Origin: a virus
Taxonomy: Duplodnaviria; Caudoviricetes
Virus record (IMG/VR): IMGVR_UViG_2939702853_000005
Location: 1-64,000 of that record
DNA: 64,000 nt
Reading direction: 5' to 3' (one strand)
Position numbers and translations under genes: made by a program. Shown in pieces: positions 47,435-55,630 of the stretch. The first letter of the stretch is position 1, and each line of letters opens with the position of its first letter. A model generated the notes under the pieces. That model did not search any database and was not told where the DNA came from. It worked only from the letters and a program-made list of their open reading frames with translations.

Positions 47435-48946
47435 TTATTGAGAAAGTCTATCCCAAACTGTTTTGGGCATTTCTTTATTTTGTTCACTGTCATCTGGAAG
47501 CCCCATTGAAATAAAATTAAAATTCTTTGACTTTGTAGTTTCGATAATACGATCACATACGTAAGATTTGACTTCCTTTTCAAATTCAGCAAAAGTAGTA
47601 AACGTGGAGCGCTTTTCTGTAAACTTAGCCTTTTCATCTTCTGTGAGTAGAGTAGGGTAAGAGTTGAATAGTTCATCGATTTTTTCTACATCTTCAGCTT
47701 CTTTAAACTTTGAAATTTCTTCTTGAAGTTCGTTGATTTTCTCATCTTTAGATGTAATTTGAGATTCTACTTCAGTGAATTTCTCTTGAATTTCAGTTAA
47801 TTTTTGATTCAAAGAAAGAATGGCTTCATCTTTACCCTCGATTTTTTCAGTAAACTCTGCTACCACAGTTTCTTTCTCAGTTTTTTCTTTGTTCAATACT
47901 TCTGTTGCTTTGCTGTTAATTAAATCAATAGTGGATTTAAAGGTGTTGATCTCGTCATCAGTTTCTTCGCCATCTACCCAATCAACAGGGGAATATTTGA
48001 TTCTTGACAGAGTGTCGAAATCAATTACAACGTTGTCTCCTTGCATACTGTAGGATGCTTTTTTATATTTGTATCCGTCTTGTACATCACAAAGATAGAT
48101 GTAATTTTCATCAAAATCACTGAGATAGTAAGAACATCTTTCTACAGATTCTCCATACCAGTTCGTACCTATGTATGTCTTTTTACTGAGCGAATTATCA
48201 ATTTCTTCGTATAATTGATTGGTAGTCAATTTAAAAAGTGACGCAATTTCTTTTTTATTTTTATGCAATTGAAAATCATCCTCCTTGCTACATTTTGTTT
48301 GTGCATCACTGTCCTTGAAATGATGCAGAAACGAATTTAATTCTTTTATTTTTTTGTTGAAATCGTCATCCAAAGAAAACTGCTCAATTTTTGCATGAGC
48401 GTCAATCATACCAGTACCATATTTTTTTCCTAATAGGGTAACGCCAGTATATCTAAAGGATTTGATATCTAAGATTTTTGTCTCTTTGTCATACACAGAC
48501 TCGTCTATTACAATTTCGATTGACAACTTAGTTTCTTCTTGATTGCTGATGATAGTGATTTCATCTTGAGCATACACATTCCATATGTATCCATCTACAA
48601 CAGCATAATTTCTACCATCTATCTCTTCATAATGATAGTTATTATTAACAGCAGAAATTACCCCGATGGGTTTTTCAATGTATGTAATTTTATCTTCAAC
48701 TTCGTCGTATTCCATTTCATGCTCACCAAAATCATCACCTTCAATATGGGCAAGTATAGGAATGTTTATTACAGACGATTCTGCGCTCTTTAACACATCA
48801 AAATCAATGTTACTTTTATTGTTATTTACACCGTCATGAGATATCCACATTCTTAATCTTGAAAATCTAGAATCGTTAAGAGGTTCAATTTCATAGTTCT
48901 CGACGAATAGAGTAACTTTTTTTTTCTTATTTTTTATAATTATCAC
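47435..48946 (-). CDS. Prohead protease/scaffold protein (YonD-like); exact start uncertain
   Basis: ISHDGVNNNKS, PILAH, GYIW, LSIEI, FRYTGVTLLG protease-like N-terminus; acidic coiled-coil C-terminus. Confidence 0.8.
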   Translation of the reverse strand: MIIIKNKKKKVTLFVENYEIEPLNDSRFSRLRMWISHDGVNNNKSNIDFDVLKSAESSVINIPILAHIEGDDFGEHEMEYDEVEDKITYIEKPIGVISAVNNNYHYEEIDGRNYAVVDGYIWNVYAQDEITIISNQEETKLSIEIVIDESVYDKETKILDIKSFRYTGVTLLGKKYGTGMIDAHAKIEQFSLDDDFNKKIKELNSFLHHFKDSDAQTKCSKEDDFQLHKNKKEIASLFKLTTNQLYEEIDNSLSKKTYIGTNWYGESVERCSYYLSDFDENYIYLCDVQDGYKYKKASYSMQGDNVVIDFDTLSRIKYSPVDWVDGEETDDEINTFKSTIDLINSKATEVLNKEKTEKETVVAEFTEKIEGKDEAILSLNQKLTEIQEKFTEVESQITSKDEKINELQEEISKFKEAEDVEKIDELFNSYPTLLTEDEKAKFTEKRSTFTTFAEFEKEVKSYVCDRIIETTKSKNFNFISMGLPDDSEQNKEMPKTVWDRLSQ

Positions 48947-48960
48947 CTCCTCAAAAGAAT

Positions 48961-50514
48961 CTAACGATTATTTAGATCCAGATCTCTTGTCTTTGCACCA
49001 TCATCACTAATATCGTTGTCAGATACTTTTGGACGACCGCCTTCCTTGCCACCATTTTGAACATGAGAGCTGGAAAGAGGGACAAGATATTTTTCAACTA
49101 GATTGATGCTATTTTCATAAGCCAGCAGACTCTGCATATCATCGGGATTGACCCCCATAGCAACCGACACTAAAGTTTTGGAATATCCAAATTGAGCAGC
49201 TTTAAGATAGGCTTCTAATTTTTCATTCCAATTAAAAACAGTTATATCTGGGAAAACAACTTTGTGACGATACTTCCCTGTTTTACTTTTTAGATAACTG
49301 TTAATGAAACGCTCAAATTGGCGATACATATGTATCACATAGCCTTCATCCACTTTGATTGATGCCTGTAAACCAGAAGCATTTAATGCTCCTTCGCCAA
49401 ACAATACAGGACTAGAACCCGCAGCTTGATAAAAATTTTGTTGGCTGTAGCCAACTATATTGTTCTGTGTTTGTGATTGATTAAAATCTACAGTTTTTAG
49501 TTCGAATGGAGTTGTTGCTACTTTTACTCCATTAGGTACACCAGCTTGAAGAATGGCAGTATACTGACCTGCAACATTGGGATCAATTGCAAAATTGTTT
49601 GCTACGGAAGCACCTTTGGTATCGCTCTTCATCGGGATTTGTCCAACAATTATCTTCCAAGTTTCAAGCTCGGTTTTTGTTTTCAGTAAACCTTTATAAT
49701 GTTCTATTTCAGCACTATCTAAAAATAACCCCATTAAAGGAGGGGTTAGTCCAGCTCTTGTTTCATCGAATTTAAATACTGGTGCTTTTATGGGATCAAG
49801 AGGCTGCCAATAAAAATAACGATCTTTTCTATTTTTATCGGTATTAACAAAGTCACTATAATAATCACTGAATTCAGACGCAAAATCATTAATATTCACA
49901 CCTGATTGTAAAAAGTAGTACATATTAAAAGCATATTGATATCCATATTCGGTTTTATTGATGATCTTGCAATATTTTGCTGGCATTTCTTGCAAAGCGA
50001 CAGAATCACCAAACTCACGAACGTAATAGAATTTAGCATCTTCCAAGATTACACCTTTTAAAATATTTGGAAAGGTAGACTTGGGCGATAGTTTTTCAAC
50101 AATGTCTACAGCTTTTCTTCTAGATTTTTTAAAAGCTGTAGATTTCATATCTTCTTCGTCAGCGTTAGTGGCAACTATAAATGAGTCAAAGGTAGGTATG
50201 GTTGAATAATAGTTAACCAATCGATTAAACTGCATTACCACATTAAAAAGGTACTGACTTAAATCCTTTAGAGCGTCTTCGTTAGCTTTTGGATTTTTAA
50301 TCATTTCTTCAATCTTTTTTCGATCAAATGTAGTAGGGGACATGTTCAAGGATTTTAACAATTCGTTTTGCCATAGTGGACTGAATAGAGAACCGCTTTG
50401 ATAACTGTTAGATAGTGCTTTGGCGAATTGTAGCGCATATTCATCGTTTGCAGTAGAGAGAAGAGGGGGTGATTCTCCGTCTTTAGATGTAACTGTATTT
50501 CTTTTTCTGGTCAT
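48961..50514 (-). CDS. Portal protein (YonE-like)
   Basis: 517 aa between terminase and protease; C-terminal GGRPK..SDDG..TRD. Confidence 0.8.
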   Translation of the reverse strand: MTRKRNTVTSKDGESPPLLSTANDEYALQFAKALSNSYQSGSLFSPLWQNELLKSLNMSPTTFDRKKIEEMIKNPKANEDALKDLSQYLFNVVMQFNRLVNYYSTIPTFDSFIVATNADEEDMKSTAFKKSRRKAVDIVEKLSPKSTFPNILKGVILEDAKFYYVREFGDSVALQEMPAKYCKIINKTEYGYQYAFNMYYFLQSGVNINDFASEFSDYYSDFVNTDKNRKDRYFYWQPLDPIKAPVFKFDETRAGLTPPLMGLFLDSAEIEHYKGLLKTKTELETWKIIVGQIPMKSDTKGASVANNFAIDPNVAGQYTAILQAGVPNGVKVATTPFELKTVDFNQSQTQNNIVGYSQQNFYQAAGSSPVLFGEGALNASGLQASIKVDEGYVIHMYRQFERFINSYLKSKTGKYRHKVVFPDITVFNWNEKLEAYLKAAQFGYSKTLVSVAMGVNPDDMQSLLAYENSINLVEKYLVPLSSSHVQNGGKEGGRPKVSDNDISDDGAKTRDLDLNNR

Positions 50515-50547
50515 TTTTCACATCCTTTCTTATGAGTATTGATAATC

Positions 50548-52302
50548 CTAAGATATGTATAGATAATCAAGGATGTTGCTCACAAAAGCTGGTTGGATTT
50601 TGTTATTTTGTTCCTTTAAATGTATCCAAAATAGTCCATACATTAAAGCGGAAAATTTATCTTTTTTAATTCTAGAAGAAACGCGTTCAACTTTAGTGTC
50701 ATTTCCACTCTGTTTATATTTAAGATTCATTATCTCTTCGCATAGTATATCTGTTAGTACATAAGGAATCTGCAATCTTGATATCTCATCGCTGTCTTTT
50801 ATCTTATGTTTCGTCTTCTTTTCTAAATCTTTAATTCCTTCGTGCGGAGATTTTAACAATCCAACATCCATTTTGGCGAATGTTTGCATGAAATGATTTA
50901 TCATATCACTTTCTCGTGTTTCTTTATTTTGAGATTTCAACGCAAACACCATAGGTATGCTATTTTCCGCTTGGTATTTATCGTATCTGTCGTCGTTAAC
51001 CACTGAGTACGGGGGGTTGCCATCGTCTAAATCAAGCACAAGATTATCAACCACAGAAACGCCCAGACCGTTGGCGTCGATCACAAGTATACTTGCTTTA
51101 AATTCGTTCACTTTCTGTTTTAAAAACTTTGCTTGTAATTGGCTATGTTGCCCTTCCATTGAGAAAATATTAACCACTTCTTTAACGTAGTTACCATTGC
51201 TTTTGGGTGTAATTTTGTACACTACAAGACATGACAGTGCATTTTCATCACCCTCATTACGACTGACATCGTAAGCAAGGACATATTCAACGTTTTCGCT
51301 TCCGCAATGTTCCCATTCAGCTACGCCTACGATTCTCGTCTTATTTAGTTTTTCATCAGATACCAAACTGTCAGATGAACTCCCTGTCCAAAGGGACTCG
51401 TACTCCCGCATAAAATCCATAATTGAGTATGTAGGAGAATCTTTAAGTGCCTCAACAAAATCAATGTCTAATTGTTCATAAAGGCAAGGAAGTTCATAAG
51501 AATTTCCAATACAAAAAGCGGATTTTCCGTCCATCATTTCATTGTAAACTTCTCTTAGTTTCTCAAAAGCAAATTGCTGTTGAGTTCCTGCGGTTGTAAT
51601 GTATATTTCAGATTTATGTAATTCATTTGGATCAATTGACCCACTCATAGATGTTCTGTTGTTAGCCATTAGAGGGATAATGACGCTGTTAAGAACATCT
51701 CCATTAAACTTTTTGTCAGCAATTTCTTCTATTGCTCCACCAAATCTTCGTCCACCACGAGTTGCATCTGACATTTGAACAACATCGTATCTTGAACCAT
51801 TATGAAAAATTACTCTAATATAATCTTTTTGCAAACTAATGTCTTTTACTTCACTTTTAAGCATTGGGTAGTGATCAAAAATTTCATCAAGTTTTTCAGA
51901 AACGATTTTTGTGGCTTGTTCTTTACCGGGGGCGCAAATGAACAGTCTGGTTTTCGGATAAAAAATACATTTTAAGATATAGGCTAAATTTTGAAGGTAG
52001 CTTTTCGAAGTCCCACGAGTAGCCGTGAGATATACTTTTCTGTAACGCAACATTATTCGCAAATAAATTCTTTGATAAAAATATAATTGGATTTTTGAAT
52101 CGGGAGAAGAGGTGAAGTCTAAAAAGTGATCGGGGTAATGCCTAAAATAACTGCAATACTCTCTCCATTTATCTTTCATGTCGTCAAAACTTTTCAACAT
52201 TAATTCATTGACGTTATTCGTTTCAAAGTTTTCTGGTGATTTGAACGCATCTGCGTCTAGGTGTTTTCTGTCTCGTTGACTGTAGTTTTTATGTGAAGCC
52301 AT
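50548..52302 (-). CDS. Terminase large subunit (YonF-like)
   Basis: ATRGTSKS Walker A, AIEEIA Walker B, ITTAG, AYDVS, IDANGLG, KDKFSAL nuclease motifs. Confidence 0.92.
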   Translation of the reverse strand: MASHKNYSQRDRKHLDADAFKSPENFETNNVNELMLKSFDDMKDKWREYCSYFRHYPDHFLDFTSSPDSKIQLYFYQRIYLRIMLRYRKVYLTATRGTSKSYLQNLAYILKCIFYPKTRLFICAPGKEQATKIVSEKLDEIFDHYPMLKSEVKDISLQKDYIRVIFHNGSRYDVVQMSDATRGGRRFGGAIEEIADKKFNGDVLNSVIIPLMANNRTSMSGSIDPNELHKSEIYITTAGTQQQFAFEKLREVYNEMMDGKSAFCIGNSYELPCLYEQLDIDFVEALKDSPTYSIMDFMREYESLWTGSSSDSLVSDEKLNKTRIVGVAEWEHCGSENVEYVLAYDVSRNEGDENALSCLVVYKITPKSNGNYVKEVVNIFSMEGQHSQLQAKFLKQKVNEFKASILVIDANGLGVSVVDNLVLDLDDGNPPYSVVNDDRYDKYQAENSIPMVFALKSQNKETRESDMINHFMQTFAKMDVGLLKSPHEGIKDLEKKTKHKIKDSDEISRLQIPYVLTDILCEEIMNLKYKQSGNDTKVERVSSRIKKDKFSALMYGLFWIHLKEQNNKIQPAFVSNILDYLYIS

Positions 52303-52304
52303 GT

Positions 52305-53198
52305 TTACTCCATCACATCTTCAGAATCTATCTTAGGAGTGTCAGACGGAGGCTCAGACATTCGATCTATCTTATTTAGTCTTAAAGTGAAATTTTCTAT
52401 ATGCATAATCGTTTTGTCAACCATATCTTGATCAATTCCCTTAATTTTACGATAATACTCCCAAGGAGGAATGTGCCCATCCTTTTCTACCTCTGCATAG
52501 ATAGTACTGAAGTTTCTGATTCCACCTGTCTTATCTGCTTCCGTTTTGTCGGATGCACGAAACTTGCTGTCTGCCATGTATTTTGAAAATAAATCTCCAA
52601 GCTGTTTGACTTGCCCGTATCTACCAGCCTCTAATTCCTTATCCATCTTCAAAGAGATAACAGATAGTTTTTTAAGATATGTTTCGTCACTAGGTGTTTC
52701 TATTTTATTGGAAGTTTTCATTTTTTGATAAAAGTCTTCTAATTTGATAAAGTCTTCTGCTTCATAGTTTGAACCCCACCGCAAAATTATTTCTGGGGTA
52801 ATTGCAAAATCAAACTTATATTTTTTATTTTCATCGTCTTGGTAATTCTCAATATCCATATCATCTTCAAAAATAGAGTCTTTCCAAGTTAAATGTCTAT
52901 TGTGAGCAAGTTGCACATTCTTCATATACACTCCAAAAATAGTCATTTTACGTCTTACAGCTTCCTCTTTTGAGGATTCCCATAAATTACAGACAAATGG
53001 ACGATTTAGTTTCATAAGTTGGTCTTGAACTTCGCCTATATTTTCGGTGTTAACACTAGTTACTACACAGTTTTTGCAAACGGGGTATAGCTTGTCCGCA
53101 TATTCGTCTGATTCTGATTTATAGTATTTATCTACTGTTTGAGATTTATTACATTTCAAACATACCTTCTTTAATCTATCCGATTTATCTGCCAACAT
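52305..53198 (-). CDS. Putative terminase small subunit (YonG/H-like)
   Basis: CLKC..CKNC zinc motif; RWG..Y..EDFIKLE; directly upstream of terL; RBS gaaggtg. Confidence 0.65.
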   Translation of the reverse strand: MLADKSDRLKKVCLKCNKSQTVDKYYKSESDEYADKLYPVCKNCVVTSVNTENIGEVQDQLMKLNRPFVCNLWESSKEEAVRRKMTIFGVYMKNVQLAHNRHLTWKDSIFEDDMDIENYQDDENKKYKFDFAITPEIILRWGSNYEAEDFIKLEDFYQKMKTSNKIETPSDETYLKKLSVISLKMDKELEAGRYGQVKQLGDLFSKYMADSKFRASDKTEADKTGGIRNFSTIYAEVEKDGHIPPWEYYRKIKGIDQDMVDKTIMHIENFTLRLNKIDRMSEPPSDTPKIDSEDVME

Positions 53199-53249
53199 TT
53201 CACCTTCTTTGTATAGAAGAACATAATAAAATTCCCATTTGATAAAAAG

Positions 53250-53305
53250 CATGGGGTAGGAGGGAGTAGCCTGTTTAAAGGTTCCTATTACGGAACCTCC
53301 CCATG
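53250..53305 (-). promoter_or_regulatory. Compact structured leader element
   Basis: catgggg/ccccatg closing stem and aggttcc/ggaacct inner stem. Confidence 0.45.
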
Positions 53306-53317
53306 AAGAACACATAA

Positions 53318-53350
53318 GAAAAAGCCTGATAAAACATACAACTCAGGCAA
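53318..53350 (-). terminator. Intrinsic terminator after the phosphoesterase gene
   Basis: gcctga..tcaggc followed by tttttctt. Confidence 0.55.
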
Positions 53351-53368
53351 TTGATTTATGTATTCTTC

Positions 53369-54565
53369 TCAGTGATATTGTTTTATATCTTGTAAATTAA
53401 TATCTATTTTGTACTCAATCCGTTCATTCTCATCAAAAATATGCATCTTCTGCATTGCGTCTGCATACATACGTTTACTGATTGCGTAAGAATCAGCACC
53501 ACAAAGACTACCATTCGAAATTACGGTTGTCCTACCAAAATCCTTTACAGTGTCATGATGAATATGACCTTGGAAGAGATATTGAGGAATTACTCCGAGG
53601 AATTGAGGTAGTTGTCGAGCTGAGCTTGAAACATGATCTATATCGCCGTGAACATAGGCATGTGGCTTCGAAAATGTAGTATCTACATAATACCCATCTT
53701 CACCTTTTAGGATTTCAATATTTCTAAAATTACGTAAACGACTCTCCATATACCAAGGAATTAGATTTTCAAAGTTTTCCTTAAGTAGAGAGTCGTTTTT
53801 ATTTGCTATTGTTCTTGAGTGATTTCCGTTTAGGCAAATAACTCTGACTTTGGGAACATACTTAGATATTTCAACTACAGCTTCAGATAATCGCTCTGAT
53901 ATGTATTGAATTTGAGATATAACATCTTCGCTTTGTTCAATTCTTGATGTTAAATGGATAAAGCCAGCAATTTGGTCTCCAATAGAAGCGATTGACAACT
54001 CATCAACATTGTGTTTTTGGCAGTAATGTATTGTTTTTGATACTAAATGACTAAAACGTATATCAAATATTTCTGGATTGTATTTATTTAAAGAATTATC
54101 AGATCCTTGCCCATAGTGAAAATCACTCCACAACACATTCGCCCTGATGAAAGAAGAACTCTCCTTGACTGGAGAGTAGGGGAGAGGCTTAAATTTTTCA
54201 AGTTGCTTTATGCTTGATGAAATTTCTTCTTTCAGATGCTCAAACTTAGCAATCATCTTAATTTTGTTATTTAATTCGCGCTTTTGATCTTGAAATTGAT
54301 ACTTTTGCTTTTGTAATTCAATAGTTTTATCTTGAATTTCACGTATATATTCATCGGTTGACGACTTTTTTAAGCCAATTGAGATGCCACGCGTAAGTAA
54401 ATGAAACTCTTTGCGATATTTAGACTCTGTAAAATCTTCGTTAAGAAACTCATTCATATGCGTAGCAATTTTACTCCAAGACAAGCCCAACTCATCTTTA
54501 TTGGAACCAATTCGTATAAGGTATTCCTCGTATGTTTCGTTATCTAATGATTGAAGAGGAGTCAT
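53369..54565 (-). CDS. Calcineurin-like metallophosphoesterase with N-terminal HTH/coiled coil (YonJ-like)
   Basis: SDFHYG, GDQIAG, GNHSR, HGD, GHIHH motifs. Confidence 0.88.
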   Translation of the reverse strand: MTPLQSLDNETYEEYLIRIGSNKDELGLSWSKIATHMNEFLNEDFTESKYRKEFHLLTRGISIGLKKSSTDEYIREIQDKTIELQKQKYQFQDQKRELNNKIKMIAKFEHLKEEISSSIKQLEKFKPLPYSPVKESSSFIRANVLWSDFHYGQGSDNSLNKYNPEIFDIRFSHLVSKTIHYCQKHNVDELSIASIGDQIAGFIHLTSRIEQSEDVISQIQYISERLSEAVVEISKYVPKVRVICLNGNHSRTIANKNDSLLKENFENLIPWYMESRLRNFRNIEILKGEDGYYVDTTFSKPHAYVHGDIDHVSSSARQLPQFLGVIPQYLFQGHIHHDTVKDFGRTTVISNGSLCGADSYAISKRMYADAMQKMHIFDENERIEYKIDINLQDIKQYH

Positions 54566-54569
54566 TCAT

Positions 54570-54740
54570 TTACTCCTCTTCAATTTCTAGTCCAACTGGA
54601 ATTTCATAATCCTCAATCGGAGCAACTTTGATTTTTTCACCATCAATTGTAATGGTGATCTTAGAGGCATTAGGGTATAGCCCAAAGGCTGCTTCCCGAA
54701 TTCCATTCAAGCCAACCAATTTCTCTTTATTTGATTCCAT
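54570..54740 (-). CDS. Small hypothetical protein, 56 aa
   Basis: RBS agggag; MESNKEKLVGLNGIREAAFGLYPNASKITITIDGEKIKVAPIEDYEIPVGLEIEEE; not in the ORF track. Confidence 0.7.
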   Translation of the reverse strand: MESNKEKLVGLNGIREAAFGLYPNASKITITIDGEKIKVAPIEDYEIPVGLEIEEE

Positions 54741-54794
54741 ATATATTTGCTCCCTATATTATGTATTTTTTGAGTCTAATCTAAATCTGCTTTT

Positions 54795-55130
54795 TGTAGC
54801 TCACCTTGTTTGGGTGAGATAGAGGGGGAGATTCTCCCCTCTTAAAGTATTACAGCTTGTTTTCATCAGTCATCAGTCTGCCATGTCTCATCTTGCGGGT
54901 TCCTTTGTTCAAGGCTTAGTTAAGAATGAAGTCAATGTAGGGCGGCGTATCCTGATCTCTGGTAACTTCCATATTTGTATATAGTAAGCGCGTAGATTAC
55001 CTTTTCTACTTCATTGACTTATATCTGGCTTGTGCCAACTTTACCACTTACTCTTCTATGGTGGTGAAACACCGATTTTTCTGATCCTTGTATATTTTCA
55101 TCTACCCACATGATCCAGTGAGTAGACGTT
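54795..55130 (-). ncRNA. Candidate structured ncRNA or late-operon leader
   Basis: No RBS-led ORF; at least 7 hairpins or nested stems found by eye (see findings). Confidence 0.5.
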
Positions 55131-55156
55131 TTAGTTTATGTATAATTAAAATAAAA

Positions 55157-55480
55157 TTACTGTTTTACTGTGTCTTTCAGAGCTTTAGCGGCTTTAAATG
55201 CTGGTTTTTTGGATGCTGCGATAGCAATAGTGGCCTGCGTCTTAGCTGTATCAGCATCTACACCTTGCTCTTTGAGTTCTGCTAGCAGTTTCGGATTAAT
55301 GCCGTTTCGAGCAGCGGTTTCACGCACCTCAAATGTACCAAAACCAGCAATCTTAATTTCTTCGCCTTTAGCCAATGCACTTGTAATAGTAGCCAATGTA
55401 GATTCAACTACTGCCTCAACATCTTTTTTTGTGTAGCCCGTAGTTTCTGCGATTGTCTTTACCAATTCTGTTTTATTCAT
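55157..55480 (-). CDS. hup: HU family DNA-binding protein (YonN-like) with extended arm
   Basis: MNKTELV..GEEIKIAGFGTFEVRE.AAR.G.NP..PAFKA.KALKD.V. Confidence 0.95.
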   Translation of the reverse strand: MNKTELVKTIAETTGYTKKDVEAVVESTLATITSALAKGEEIKIAGFGTFEVRETAARNGINPKLLAELKEQGVDADTAKTQATIAIAASKKPAFKAAKALKDTVKQ

Positions 55481-55630
55481 GTTATAATTATCTCCCTTAA
55501 TATTGTTTTTTGTTTGATGGGGGATGATGTAAAGATCTCTTCGCTTTGTATATCAGTCAAAACTTGTCCCCCTTAAAGACTATTAAGCGAATTGAAAAAA
55601 AGATTAAAAAATCCAATAAAACACTAGGTT

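Noticed and set aside
54858-54877. CUGAUGA..GAAA hammerhead-like core on the minus strand
   Set aside because: No stem II between the motifs, and no stem I/III with a UH site could be built
54955-55030. Group I intron R/S-like words (cagagauc, agauauaaguc)
   Set aside because: Wrong order and not interrupting a gene
55515-55575. ggggga..tccccc stem upstream of HU as tmRNA or tRNA-like RNA
   Set aside because: Too short and lacks T-arm/CCA features; at most a leader hairpin
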